Shown: piece by piece, positions 12,301-27,300 of the stretch
Layout of the letters: each line of letters begins with the position of its first letter
Position numbering within the stretch: the stretch's first letter is position 1
From: Balanoglossus misakiensis
Taxonomy: Eukaryota; Animalia; Hemichordata
NCBI GenBank assembly: GCA_040954595.2
Contig: CM082584.2
Span: 4,344,110-4,408,109, forward strand
Reading direction: 5' to 3'
DNA: 64,000 nt
The notes under the pieces: generated by a model
Told to the model about the DNA's origin: nothing
The model's database searches: none
What the model saw: only the letters and a program-made list of their open reading frames with translations
Program-made: the position numbers and the translations under genes

Positions 12301-15300
12301 GAAAAATCCGACAGGGCAGTAAAATTCCATGACAAAATTTCAAAAACGGGTATACCCCTAATGAACCCCTTGGTTTGAAAAACGATTGATTTCCCATTTT
12401 TCTTATGTACCTTCATAATGCAATAGTCAACATTGGCAATGCCTTGGATATCTTCTGAAATTCAGTGTCTTGCAGCATTTTTATCCAGTAATATAATTTA
12501 TATCGGCGCATTTTGATTACCACCCGAAATCCCATCGTCCGCTCACACGGGTTGTTGCAAGACATTGGCGGGCGAAGATGTTTCACGTTTCCGAATTGAT
12601 AAAATAAATTTAAACTTGGACTCTGTCTCGGTTGTTGCATTGTCTTCGTTCACGTTTTTGTCATGAAAAGCGATCATAAATTACCAAACTGTTGAAAAAT
12701 GCGCAGCAAACTAGACTGGGACTTATAAAACTTACCTGCAGTATGTCGACGTCGTCTTAGTACAAGTCAAATGAGACTTTGTTAACAATAGCACACGTTT
12801 TATGTACTAGTATCAGTGAGCAATAAATTATCTACGAACAATATGTATATTAATTATTATGTCACATACCCGATTGGTTACTCCGAAGGATCAACCATTT
12901 TATGTAGGGTATCCAAGATCGTTTTTATAGCCCTTTATTAGGAGGAAGTTGATGTAATTATATGTAAGTTTTTGTGGAGTTGACATTTAGAAAAGAGTTG
13001 TAAGTACAGGTTTTGAATTTCACCTGATATAAGATTAAATCAATTAAACGTGAAAGGTTAGTAATACTATAGACTAAAATCCAGCTAAATTTGAAAACTT
13101 GCCATCCGTTGGTCCGGATTGGGGGTTGTCGTATTCAAATTAAGGCAGTCGATTCCATGGCTACATGTACAAACAAATTAAACAGAAATTCCATGGAAAC
13201 CATGTACACTACGTGCCTACAGATTGTACGCCAAGGTTTTAAATGACTGGTGCCAGGCTAGTAACAATATGGATGTAAACAAAAACGAGGCAGTATGTGA
13301 AGTCAGTTTTATTTAGACCGTTAAATTAGACCGGGTCGCGTTTCACAGCTTAGACACCATGTCATATGCCTTGCTCCATGTTAATCAAACAAGTAATAAA
13401 AAAATCGGGCGCAAAGGCCAAGTAGCCGACAAAATATGCAAATGATATGAAAGCTTCTATGATGATGATGGGGTGGGGGGGGGGGGGCTAGTGGGAGTTG
13501 GAGTGGGAACTGCACGGGGCCCTGCCTGTTTGTAGTTAGTTGCAAAGTTACATTTCTGTTCTTTGTTCCTGACTATGCTTTTCAATTGGAAACGTCGTAT
13601 CACGATCGACGCTGTTATCAGAAAAGAAAACAATAGGAGCAACTTTGTACCCGGCACACCTATATTCCTTTGTGTAAATTAGCTGTTTCCATGGTGCACT
13701 TTAAAAACAAAACAAAACAAAACAAAACATCACTCATATCTTTATTTTAAAATTTCGCTCAACAAGATTTCTTTGTTTTCTCATTTTAGTAAAAACATTT
13801 CTGTTCTTTGTTCCTGACTATGCTTTTCAATTGGAAATGTCGCATCACGATCGACGCTGTTATCAGAAAAGAAAACAATAGGAGCAACTTTGTACCCGGC
13901 ACACCTACATTCCTTTGTGTAAATTAGCTGTTTCCATGGTGCACTTTAAAAACAAAACAAAACAAAACAAAACAAAACAAAACAAAACAAAACATCACTC
14001 ATATCTTTATTTTAAAATTTCGCTCAACAAGATTTCTTTGTTTTCTCATTTTAGTAAAAACACTTCTGTTCTTTGTTCCTGACTATGCTTTTCAATTGGA
14101 AACGTCGTATCACGATCGACGCTGTTATCAGAAAAGAAAACAATAGGAGCAACTTTGTACCCGGCACACCTATATTCCTTTGTGTAAATTAGCTGTTTCC
14201 ATGGTGCACTTTAAAAACAGAACACACCATTGGTTCGAAATATAGTTATACACATTATATCACAATTTGGGATGCAAAATGAAAAAAAAAATATGAGAGT
14301 TCATCATTTTGATTTGTTATTCCATAAATTTGAACACTATCAATCTTTATATATCGCCGTACCGTGTGCAGCGTCAATTTCTCATGTACATTGTATATTG
14401 TTACAACGTTGGCGACTGTTGTGTTTGAAGACGTCAATTTGTCTTTAACGTTACCATTTGAGAAAAATCCGACAGGGCAGTAAAATTCCATGACAAAATT
14501 TCAAAAACGGGTATACCCCTAATGAACCCCTTGGTTTGAAAAACGATTGATTTCCCATTTTTCTTATGTACCTTCATAATGCAATAGTCAACATTGGCAA
14601 TGCCTTAGATATCTTCTGAAATTCAGTGTCTTGCAGCATTTTTATCCAGTAATATAATTTATATCGGCGCATTTTGATTACCACCCGAAATCCCATCGTC
14701 CGCTCACACGGGTTGTTGCAAGACATTGGCGGGCGAAGATGTTTCACGTTTCCGAATTGATAAAATAAATTTAAACTTGGACTCTGTCTCGGTTGTTGCA
14801 TTGTCTTCGTTCACGTTTTTGTCATGAAAAGCGATCATAAATTACCAAACTGTTGAAAAATGCGCAGCAAACTAGACTGGGACTTATAAAACTTACCTGC
14901 AGTATGTCGACGTCGTCTTAGTACAAGTCAAATGAGACTTTGTTAACAATAGCACACGTTTTATGTACTAGTATCAGTGAGCAATAAATTATCTACGAAC
15001 AATATGTATATTAATTATTATGTCACATACCCGATTGGTTACTCCGAAGGATCAACCATTTTATGTAGGGTATCCAAGATCGTTTTTATAGCCCTTTATT
15101 AGGAGGAAGTTGATGTAATTATATGTAAGTTTTTGTGGAGTTGACATTTAGAAAAGAGTTGTAAGTACAGGTTTTGAATTTCACCTGATATAAGATTAAA
15201 TCAATTAAACGTGAAAGGTTAGTAATACTATAGACTAAAATCCAGCTAAATTTGAAAACTTGCCATCCGTTGGTCCGGATTGGGGGTTGTCGTATTCAAA

Positions 15301-18300
15301 TTAAGGCAGTCGATTCCATGGCTACATGTACAAACAAATTAAACAGAAATTCCATGGAAACCATGTACACTACGTGCCTACAGATTGTACGCCAAGGTTT
15401 TAAATGACTGGTGCCAGGCTAGTAACAATATGGATGTAAACAAAAACGAGGCAGTATGTGAAGTCAGTTTTATTTAGACCGTTAAATTAGACCGGGTCGC
15501 GTTTCACAGCTTAGACACCATGTCATATGCCTTGCTCCATGTTAATCAAACAAGTAATAAAAAAATCGGGCGCAAAGGCCAAGTAGCCGACAAAATATGC
15601 AAATGATATGAAAGCTTCTATGATGATGATGGGGTGGGGGGGGGGGCTAGTGGGAGTTGGAGTGGGAACTGCACGGGGCCCTGCCTGTTTGTAGTTAGTT
15701 GCAAAGTTACATTTCTGTTCTTTGTTCCTGACTATGCTTTTCAATTGGAAACGTCGTATCACGATCGACGCTGTTATCAGAAAAGAAAACAATAGGAGCA
15801 ACTTTGTACCCGGCACACCTATATTCCTTTGTGTAAATTAGCTGTTTCCATGGTGCACTTTAAAAACAAAACAAAACAAAACAAAACATCACTCATATCT
15901 TTATTTTAAAATTTCGCTCAACAAGATTTCTTTGTTTTCTCATTTTAGTAAAAACATTTCTGTTCTTTGTTCCTGACTATGCTTTTCAATTGGAAATGTC
16001 GCATCACGATCGACGCTGTTATCAGAAAAGAAAACAATAGGAGCAACTTTGTACCCGGCACACCTACATTCCTTTGTGTAAATTAGCTGTTTCCATGGTG
16101 CACTTTAAAAACAAAACAAAACAAAACAAAACAAAACAAAACAAAACAAAACAAAACATCACTCATATCTTTATTTTAAAATTTCGCTCAACAAGATTTC
16201 TTTGTTTTCTCATTTTAGTAAAAACACTTCTGTTCTTTGTTCCTGACTATGCTTTTCAATTGGAAACGTCGTATCACGATCGACGCTGTTATCAGAAAAG
16301 AAAACAATAGGAGCAACTTTGTACCCGGCACACCTATATTCCTTTGTGTAAATTAGCTGTTTCCATGGTGCACTTTAAAAACAGAACACACCATTGGTTC
16401 GAAATATAGTTATACACATTATATCACAATTTGGGATGCAAAATGAAAAAAAAAATATGAGAGTTCATCATTTTGATTTGTTATTCCATAAATTTGAACA
16501 CTATCAATCTTTATATATCGCCGTACCGTGTGCAGCGTCAATTTCTCATGTACATTGTATATTGTTACAACGTTGGCGACTGTTGTGTTTGAAGACGTCA
16601 ATTTGTCTTTAACGTTACCATTTGAGAAAAATCCGACAGGGCAGTAAAATTCCATGACAAAATTTCAAAAACGGGTATACCCCTAATGAACCCCTTGGTT
16701 TGAAAAACGATTGATTTCCCATTTTTCTTATGTACCTTCATAATGCAATAGTCAACATTGGCAATGCCTTAGATATCTTCTGAAATTCAGTGTCTTGCAG
16801 CATTTTTATCCAGTAATATAATTTATATCGGCGCATTTTGATTACCACCCGAAATCCCATCGTCCGCTCACACGGGTTGTTGCAAGACATTGGCGGGCGA
16901 AGATGTTTCACGTTTCCGAATTGATAAAATAAATTTAAACTTGGACTCTGTCTCGGTTGTTGCATTGTCTTCGTTCACGTTTTTGTCATGAAAAGCGATC
17001 ATAAATTACCAAACTGTTGAAAAATGCGCAGCAAACTAGACTGGGACTTATAAAACTTACCTGCAGTATGTCGACGTCGTCTTAGTACAAGTCAAATGAG
17101 ACTTTGTTAACAATAGCACACGTTTTATGTACTAGTATCAGTGAGCAATAAATTATCTACGAACAATATGTATATTAATTATTATGTCACATACCCGATT
17201 GGTTACTCCGAAGGATCAACCATTTTATGTAGGGTATCCAAGATCGTTTTTATAGCCCTTTATTAGGAGGAAGTTGATGTAATTATATGTAAGTTTTTGT
17301 GGACTTGACATTTAGAAAAGAGTTGTAAGTACAGGTTTTGAATTTCACCTGATATAAGATTAAATCAATTAAACGTGAAAGGTTAGTAATACTATAGACT
17401 AAAATCCAGCTAAATTTGAAAACTTGCCATCCGTTGGTCCGGATTGGGGGTTGTCGTATTCAAATTAAGGCAGTCGATTCCATGGCTACATGTACAAACA
17501 AATTAAACAGAAATTCCATGGAAACCATGTACACTACGTGCCTACAGATTGTACGCCAAGGTTTTAAATGACTGGTGCCAGGCTAGTAACAATATGGATG
17601 TAAACAAAAACGAGGCAGTATGTGAAGTCAGTTTTATTTAGACCGTTAAATTAGACCGGGTCGCGTTTCACAGCTTAGACACCATGTAATATGCCTTGCT
17701 CCATGTTAATCAAACAAGTAATAAAAAAATCGGGCGCAAAGGCCAAGTAGCCGACAAAATATGCAAATGATATGAAAGCTTCTATGATGATGATGGGGTG
17801 GGGGGGGGGGGCTAGTGGGAGTTGGAGTGGGAACTGCACGGGGCTGCCTGTTTGTAGTTAGTTGCAAAGTTACATTTCTGTTCTTTGTTCCTGACTATGC
17901 TTTTCAATTGGAAACGTCGTATCACGATCGACGCTGTTATCAGAAAAGAAAACAATAGGAGCAACTTTGTACCCGGCACACCTATATTCCTTTGTGTAAA
18001 TTAGCTGTTTCCATGGTGCACTTTAAAAACAAAACAAAACAAAACATCACTCATATCTTTATTTTAAAATTTCGCTCAACAAGATTTCTTTGTTTTCTCA
18101 TTTTAGTAAAAACATTTCTGTTCTTTGTTCCTGACTATGCTTTTCAATTGGAAACGTCGTATCACGATCGACGCTGTTATCAGAAAAGAAAACAATAGGA
18201 GCAACTTTGTACCCGGCACACCTATATTCCTTTGTGTAAATTAGCTGTTTCCATGGTGCACTTTAAAAACAGAACACACCATTGGTTCGAAATATAGTTA

Positions 18301-21300
18301 TACACATTATATCACAATTTGGGATGCAAAATGAAAAAAAAAATATGAGAGTTCATCATTTTGATTTGTTATTCCATAAATTTGAACACTATCAATCTTT
18401 ATATATCGCCGTACCGTGTGCAGCGTCAATTTCTCATGTACATTGTATATTGTTACAACGTTGGCGACTGTTGTGTTTGAAGACGTCAATTTGTCTTTAA
18501 CGTTACCATTTGAGAAAAATCCGACAGGGCAGTAAAATTCCATGACAAAATTTCAAAAACGGGTATACCCCTAATGAACCCCTTGGTTTGAAAAACGATT
18601 GATTTCCCATTTTTCTTATGTACCTTCATAATGCAATAGTCAACATTGGCAATGCCTTAGATATCTTCTGAAATTCAGTGTCTTGCAGCATTTTTATCCA
18701 GTAATATAATTTATATCGGCGCATTTTGATTACCACCCGAAATCCCATCGTCCGCTCACACGGGTTGTTGCAAGACATTGGCGGGCGAAGATGTTTCACG
18801 TTTCCGAATTGATAAAATAAATTTAAACTTGGACTCTGTCTCGGTTGTTGCATTGTCTTCGTTCACGTTTTTGTCATGAAAAGCGATCATAAATTACCAA
18901 ACTGTTGAAAAATGCGCAGCAAACTAGACTGGGACTTATAAAACTTACCTGCAGTATGTCGACGTCGTCTTAGTACAAGTCAAATGAGACTTTGTTAACA
19001 ATAGCACACGTTTTATGTACTAGTATCAGTGAGCAATAAATTATCTACGAACAATATGTATATTAATTATTATGTCACATACCCGATTGGTTACTCCGAA
19101 GGATCAACCATTTTATGTAGGGTATCCAAGATCGTTTTTATAGCCCTTTATTAGGAGGAAGTTGATGTAATTATATGTAAGTTTTTGTGGACTTGACATT
19201 TAGAAAAGAGTTGTAAGTACAGGTTTTGAATTTCACCTGATATAAGATTAAATCAATTAAACGTGAAAGGTTAGTAATACTATAGACTAAAATCCAGCTA
19301 AATTTGAAAACTTGCCATCCGTTGGTCCGGATTGGGGGTTGTCGTATTCAAATTAAGGCAGTCGATTCCATGGCTACATGTACAAACAAATTAAACAGAA
19401 ATTCCATGGAAACCATGTACACTACGTGCCTACAGATTGTACGCCAAGGTTTTAAATGACTGGTGCCAGGCTAGTAACAATATGGATGTAAACAAAAACG
19501 AGGCAGTATGTGAAGTCAGTTTTATTTAGACCGTTAAATTAGACCGGGTCGCGTTTCACAGCTTAGACACCATGTAATATGCCTTGCTCCATGTTAATCA
19601 AACAAGTAATAAAAAAATCGGGCGCAAAGGCCAAGTAGCCGACAAAATATGCAAATGATATGAAAGCTTCTATGATGATGATGGGGTGGGGGGGGGGGGC
19701 TAGTGGGAGTTGGAGTGGGAACTGCACGGGGCCCTGCCTGTTTGTAGTTAGTTGCAAAGTTACATTTCTGTTCTTTGTTCCTGACTATGCTTTTCAATTG
19801 GAAACGTCGTATCACGATCGACGCTGTTATCAGAAAAGAAAACAATAGGAGCAACTTTGTACCCGGCACACCTATATTCCTTTGTGTAAATTAGCTGTTT
19901 CCATGGTGCACTTTAAAAACAAAACAAAACAAAACATCACTCATATCTTTATTTTAAAATTTCGCTCAACAAGATTTCTTTGTTTTCTCATTTTAGTAAA
20001 AACATTTCTGTTCTTTGTTCCTGACTATGCTTTTCAATTGGAAACGTCGTATCACGATCGACGCTGTTATCAGAAAAGAAAACAATAGGAGCAACTTTGT
20101 ACCCGGCACACCTATATTCCTTTGTGTAAATTAGCTGTTTCCATGGTGCACTTTAAAAACAGAACACACCATTGGTTCGAAATATAGTTATACACATTAT
20201 ATCACAATTTGGGATGCAAAATGAAAAAAAAAAAATGAGAGTTCATCATTTTGATTTGTTATTCCATAAATTTGAACACTATCAATCTTTATATATCGCC
20301 GTACCGTGTGCAGCGTCAATTTCTCATGTACATTGTATATTGTTACAACGTTGGCGACTGTTGTGTTTGAAGACGTCAATTTGTCTTTAACGTTACCATT
20401 TGAGAAAAATCCGACAGGGCAGTAAAATTCCATGACAAAATTTCAAAAACGGGTATACCCCTAATGAACCCCTTGGTTTGAAAAACGATTGATTTCCCAT
20501 TTTTCTTATGTACCTTCATAATGCAATAGTCAACATTGGCAATGCCTTGGATATCTTCTGAAATTCAGTGTCTTGCAGCATTTTTATCCAGTAATATAAT
20601 TTATATCGGCGCATTTTGATTACCACCCGAAATCCCATCGTCCGCTCACACGGGTTGTTGCAAGACATTGGCGGGCGAAGATGTTTCACGTTTCCGAATT
20701 GATAAAATAAATTTAAACTTGGATTCTGTCTCGGTTGTTGCATTGTCTTCGTTCACGTTTTTGTCATGAAAAGCGATCATAAATTACCAAACTGTTGAAA
20801 AATGCGCAGCAAACTAGACTGGGACTTATAAAACTTACCTGCAGTATGTCGACGTCGTCTTAGTACAAGTCAAATGAGACTTTGTTAACAATAGCACACG
20901 TTTTATGTACTAGTATCAGTGAGCAATAAATTATCTACGAACAATATGTATATTAATTATTATGTCACATACCCGATTGGTTACTCCGAAGGATCAACCA
21001 TTTTATGTAGGGTATCCAAGATCGTTTTTATAGCCCTTTATTAGGAGGAAGTTGATGTAATTATATGTAAGTTTTTGTGGAGTTGACATTTAGAAAAGAG
21101 TTGTAAGTACAGGTTTTGAATTTCACCTGATATAAGATTAAATCAATTAAACGTGAAAGGTTAGTAATACTATAGACTAAAATCCAGCTAAATTTGAAAA
21201 CTTGCCATCCGTTGGTCCGGATTGGGGGTTGTCGTATTCAAATTAAGGCAGTCGATTCCATGGCTACATTTACAAACAAATTAAACAGAAATTCCATGGA

Positions 21301-24300
21301 AACCATGTACACTACGTGCCTACAGATTGTACGCCAAGGTTTTAAATGACTGGTGCCAGGCTAGTAACAATATGGATGTAAACAAAAACGAGGCAGTATG
21401 TGAAGTCAGTTTTATTTAGACCGTTAAATTAGACCGGGTCGCGTTTCACAGCTTAGACACCATGTCATATGCCTTGCTCCATGTTAATCAAACAAGTAAT
21501 TAAAAAATCGGGCGCAAAGGCCAAGTAGCCGATAAAATATGCAAATGATATGAAAGCTTCTATGATGATGATGGGGTGGGGGGGGGGGGGGGGGCTAGTG
21601 GGAGTTGGAGTGGGAACTGCACGGGGCCCTGCCTGTTTGTAGTTAGTTGCAAAGTTACATTTCTGTTCTTTGTTCCTGACTATGCTTTTCAATTGGAAAC
21701 GTCGTATCACGATCGACGCTGTTATCAGAAAAGAAAACAATAGGAGCAACTTTGTACCCGGCACACCTATATTCCTTTGTGTAAATTAGCTGTTTCCATG
21801 GTGCACTTTAAAAACAAAACAAAACAAAACAAAACAAAACATCACTCATATCTTTATTTTAAAATTTCGCTCAACAAGATTTCTTTGTTTTCTCATTTTA
21901 GTAAAAACATTTCTGTTCTTTGTTCCTGACTATGCTTTTCAATTGGAAACGTCGTATCACGATCGACGCTGTTATCAGAAAAGAAAACAATAGGAGCAAC
22001 TTTGTACCCGGCACACCTATATTCCTTTGTGTAAATTAGCTGTTTCCATGGTGCACTTTAAAAACAAAACAAAACAAAACAAAACATCACTCATATCTTT
22101 ATTTTAAAATTTCGCTCAACAAGATTTCTTTGTTTTCTCATTTTAGTAAAAACATTTCTGTTCTTTGTTCCTGACTATGCTTTTCAATTGGAAACGTCGT
22201 ATCACGATCGACGCTGTTATCAGAAAAGAAAACAATAGGAGCAACTTTGTACCCGGCACACCTATATTCCTTTGTGTAAATTAGCTGTTTCCATGGTGCA
22301 CTTTAAAAACAGAACACACCATTGGTTCGAAATATAGTTATACACATTATATCACAATTTGGGATGCAAAATGAAAAAAAAAATATGAGAGTTCATCATT
22401 TTGATTTGTTATTCCATAAATTTGAACACTATCAATCTTTATATATCGCCGTACCGTGTGCAGCGTCAATTTCTCATGTACATTGTATATTGTTACAACG
22501 TTGGCGACTGTTGTGTTGGAAGACGTCAATTTGTCTTTAACGTTACCATTTGAGAAAAATCCGACAGGGCAGTAAAATTCCATGACAAAATTTCAAAAAC
22601 GGGTATACCCCTAATGAACCCCTTGGTTTGAAAAACGATTGATTTCCCATTTTTCTTATGTACCTTCATAATGCAATAGTCAACATTGGCAATGCCTTGG
22701 ATATCTTCTGAAATTCAGTGTCTTGCAGCATTTTTATCCAGTAATATAATTTATATCGGCGCATTTTGATTACCACCCGAAATCCCATCGTCCGCTCACA
22801 CGGGTTGTTGCAAGACATTGGCGGGCGAAGATGTTTCACGTTTCCGAATTGATAAAATAAATTTAAACTTGGACTCTGTCTCGGTTGTTGCATTGTCTTC
22901 GTTCACGTTTTTGTCATGAAAAGCGATCATAAATTACCAAACTGTTGAAAAATGCGCAGCAAACTAGACTGGGACTTATAAAACTTACCTGCAGTATGTC
23001 GACGTCGTCTTAGTACAAGTCAAATGAGACTTTGTTAACAATAGCACACGTTTTATGTACTAGTATCAGTGAGCAATAAATTATCTACGAACAATATGTA
23101 TATTAATTATTATGTCACATACCCGATTGGTTACTCCGAAGGATCAACCATTTTATGTAGGGTATCCAAGATCGTTTTTATAGCCCTTTATTAGGAGGAA
23201 GTTGATGTAATTATATGTAAGTTTTTGTGGAGTTGACATTTAGAAAAGAGTTGTAAGTACAGGTTTTGAATTTCACCTGATATAAGATTAAATCAATTAA
23301 ACGCGAAAGGTTAGTAATACTATAGACTAAAATCCAGCTAAATTTGAAAACTTGCCATCCGTTGGTCCGGATTGGGGGTTGTCGTATTCAAATTAAGGCA
23401 GTCGATTCCATGGCTACATGTACAAACAAATTAAACAGAAATTCCATGGAAACCATGTACACTACGTGCCTACAGATTGTACGCCAAGGTTTTAAATGAC
23501 TGGTGCCAGGCTAGTAACAATATGGATGTAAACAAAAACGAGGCAGTATGTGAAGTCAGTTTTATTTAGACCGTTAAATTAGACCGGGTCGCGTTTCACA
23601 GCTTAGACACCATGTAATATGCCTTGCTCCATGTTAATCAAACAAGTAATAAAAAAATCGGGCGCAAAGGCCAAGTAGCCGACAAAATATGCAAATGATA
23701 TGAAAGCTTCTATGATGATGATGGGGTGGGGGGGGGGTGGGCTAGAGGGAGTTGGAGTGGGAACTGCACGGGGCCCTGCCTGTTTGTAGTTAGTTGCAAA
23801 GTTACATTTCTGTTCTTTGTTCCTGACTATGCTTTTCAATTAGAAACGTCGTATCACGATCGACGCTGTTATCAGAAAAGAAAACAATAGGAGCAACTTT
23901 GTACCCGGCACACCTATATTCCTTTGTGTAAATTAGCTGTTTCCATGGTGCACTTTAAAAACAAAACAAAACAAAACAAAACAAAACAAAACATCACTCA
24001 TATCTTTATTTTAAAATTTCGCTCAACAAGATTTCTTTGTTTTCTCATTTTAGTAAAAACATTTCTGTTCTTTGTTCCTGACTATGCTTTTCAATTGGAA
24101 ACGTCGTATCACGATCGACGCTGTTATCAGAAAAGAAAACAATAGGAGCAACTTTGTACCCGGCACACCTATATTCCTTTGTGTAAATTAGCTGTTTCCA
24201 TGGTGCACTTTAAAAACAGAACACACCATTGGTTCGAAATATAGTTATACACATTATATCACAATTTGGGATGCAAAATGAAAAAAAAAAAATGAGAGTT

Positions 24301-27300
24301 CATCATTTTGATTTGTTATTCCATAAATTTGAACACTATCAATCTTTATATATCGCCGTACCGTGTGCAGCGTCAATTTCTCATGTACATTGTATATTGT
24401 TACAACGTTGGCGACTGTTGTGTTTGAAGACGTCAATTTGTCTTTAACGTTACCATTTGAGAAAAATCCGACAGGGCAGTAAAATTCCATGACAAAATTT
24501 CAAAAACGGGTATACCCCTAATGAACCCCTTGGTTTGAAAAACGATTGATTTCCCATTTTTCTTATGTACCTTCATAATGCAATAGTCAACATTGGCAAT
24601 GCCTTGGATATCTTCTGAAATTCAGTGTCTTGCAGCATTTTTATCCAGTAATATAATTTATATCGGCGCATTTTGATTACCACCCGAAATCCCATCGTCC
24701 GCTCACACGGGTTGTTGCAAGACATTGGCGGGCGAAGATGTTTCACGTTTCCGAATTGATAAAATAAATTTAAACTTGGACTCTGTCTCGGTTGTTGCAT
24801 TGTCTTCGTTCACGTTTTTGTCATGAAAAGCGATCATAAATTACCAAACTGTTGAAAAATGCGCAGCAAACTAGACTGGGACTTATAAAACTTACCTGCA
24901 GTATGTCGACGTCGTCTTAGTACAAGTCAAATGAGACTTTGTTAACAATAGCACACGTTTTATGTACTAGTATCAGTGAGCAATAAATTATCTACGAACA
25001 ATATGTATATTAATTATTATGTCACATACCCGATTGGTTACTCCGAAGGATCAACCATTTTATGTAGGGTATCCAAGATCGTTTTTATAGCCCTTTATTA
25101 GGAGGAAGTTGATGTAATTATATGTAAGTTTTTGTGGAGTTGACATTTAGAAAAGAGTTGTAAGTACAGGTTTTGAATTTCACCTGATATAAGATTAAAT
25201 CAATTAAACGTGAAAGGTTAGTAATACTATAGACTAAAATCCAGCTAAATTTGAAAACTTGCCATCCGTTGGTCCGGATTGGGGGTTGTCGTATTCAAAT
25301 TAAGGCAGTCGATTCCATGGCTACATTTACAAACAAATTAAACAGAAATTCCATGGAAACCATGTACACTACGTGCCTACAGATTGTACGCCAAGGTTTT
25401 AAATGACTGGTGCCAGGCTAGTAACAATATGGATGTAAACAAAAACGAGGCAGTATGTGAAGTCAGTTTTATTTAGACCGTTAAATTAGACCGGGTCGCG
25501 TTTCACAGCTTAGACACCATGTCATATGCCTTGCTCCATGTTAATCAAACAAGTAATTAAAAAATCGGGCGCAAAGGCCAAGTAGCCGATAAAATATGCA
25601 AATGATATGAAAGCTTCTATGATGATGATGGGGTGGGGGGGGGGGCTAGTGGGAGTTGGAGTGGGAACTGCACGGGGCCCTGCCTGTTTGTAGTTAGTTG
25701 CAAAGTTACATTTCTGTTCTTTGTTCCTGACTATGCTTTTCAATTGGAAACGTCGTATCACGATCGACGCTGTTATCAGAAAAGAAAACAATAGGAGCAA
25801 CTTTGTACCCGGCACACCTATATTCCTTTGTGTAAATTAGCTGTTTCCATGGTGCACTTTAAAAACAAAACAAAACAAAACAAAACAAAACATCACTCAT
25901 ATCTTTATTTTAAAATTTCGCTCAACAAGATTTCTTTGTTTTCTCATTTTAGTAAAAACATTTCTGTTCTTTGTTCCTGACTATGCTTTTCAATTGGAAA
26001 CGTCGTATCACGATCGACGCTGTTATCAGAAAAGAAAACAATAGGAGCAACTTTGTACCCGGCACACCTATATTCCTTTGTGTAAATTAGCTGTTTCCAT
26101 GGTGCACTTTAAAAACAAAACAAAACAAAACAAAACATCACTCATATCTTTATTTTAAAATTTCGCTCAACAAGATTTCTTTGTTTTCTCATTTTAGTAA
26201 AAACATTTCTGTTCTTTGTTCCTGACTATGCTTTTCAATTGGAAACGTCGTATCACGATCGACGCTGTTATCAGAAAAGAAAACAATAGGAGCAACTTTG
26301 TACCCGGCACACCTATATTCCTTTGTGTAAATTAGCTGTTTCCATGGTGCACTTTAAAAACAGAACACACCATTGGTTCGAAATATAGTTATACACATTA
26401 TATCACAATTTGGGATGCAAAATGAAAAAAAAAATATGAGAGTTCATCATTTTGATTTGTTATTCCATAAATTTGAACACTATCAATCTTTATATATCGC
26501 CGTACCGTGTGCAGCGTCAATTTCTCATGTACATTGTATATTGTTACAACGTTGGCGACTGTTGTGTTTGAAGACGTCAATTTGTCTTTAACGTTACCAT
26601 TTGAGAAAAATCCGACAGGGCAGTAAAATTCCATGACAAAATTTCAAAAACGGGTATACCCCTAATGAACCCCTTGGTTTGAAAAACGATTGATTTCCCA
26701 TTTTTCTTATGTACCTTCATAATGCAATAGTCAACATTGGCAATGCCTTAGATATCTTCTGAAATTCAGTGTCTTGCAGCATTTTTATCCAGTAATATAA
26801 TTTATATCGGCGCATTTTGATTACCACCCGAAATCCCATCGTCCGCTCACACGGGTTGTTGCAAGACATTGGCGGGCGAAGATGTTTCACGTTTCCGAAT
26901 TGATAAAATAAATTTAAACTTGGACTCTGTCTCGGTTGTTGCATTGTCTTCGTTCACGTTTTTGTCATGAAAAGCGATCATAAATTACCAAACTGTTGAA
27001 AAATGCGCAGCAAACTAGACTGGGACTTATAAAACTTACCTGCAGTATGTCGACGTCGTCTTAGTACAAGTCAAATGAGACTTTGTTAACAATAGCACAC
27101 GTTTTATGTACTAGTATCAGTGAGCAATAAATTATCTACGAACAATATGTATATTAATTATTATGTCACATACCCGATTGGTTACTCCGAAGGATCAACC
27201 ATTTTATGTAGGGTATCCAAGATCGTTTTTATAGCCCTTTATTAGGAGGAAGTTGATGTAATTATATGTAAGTTTTTGTGGAGTTGACATTTAGAAAAGA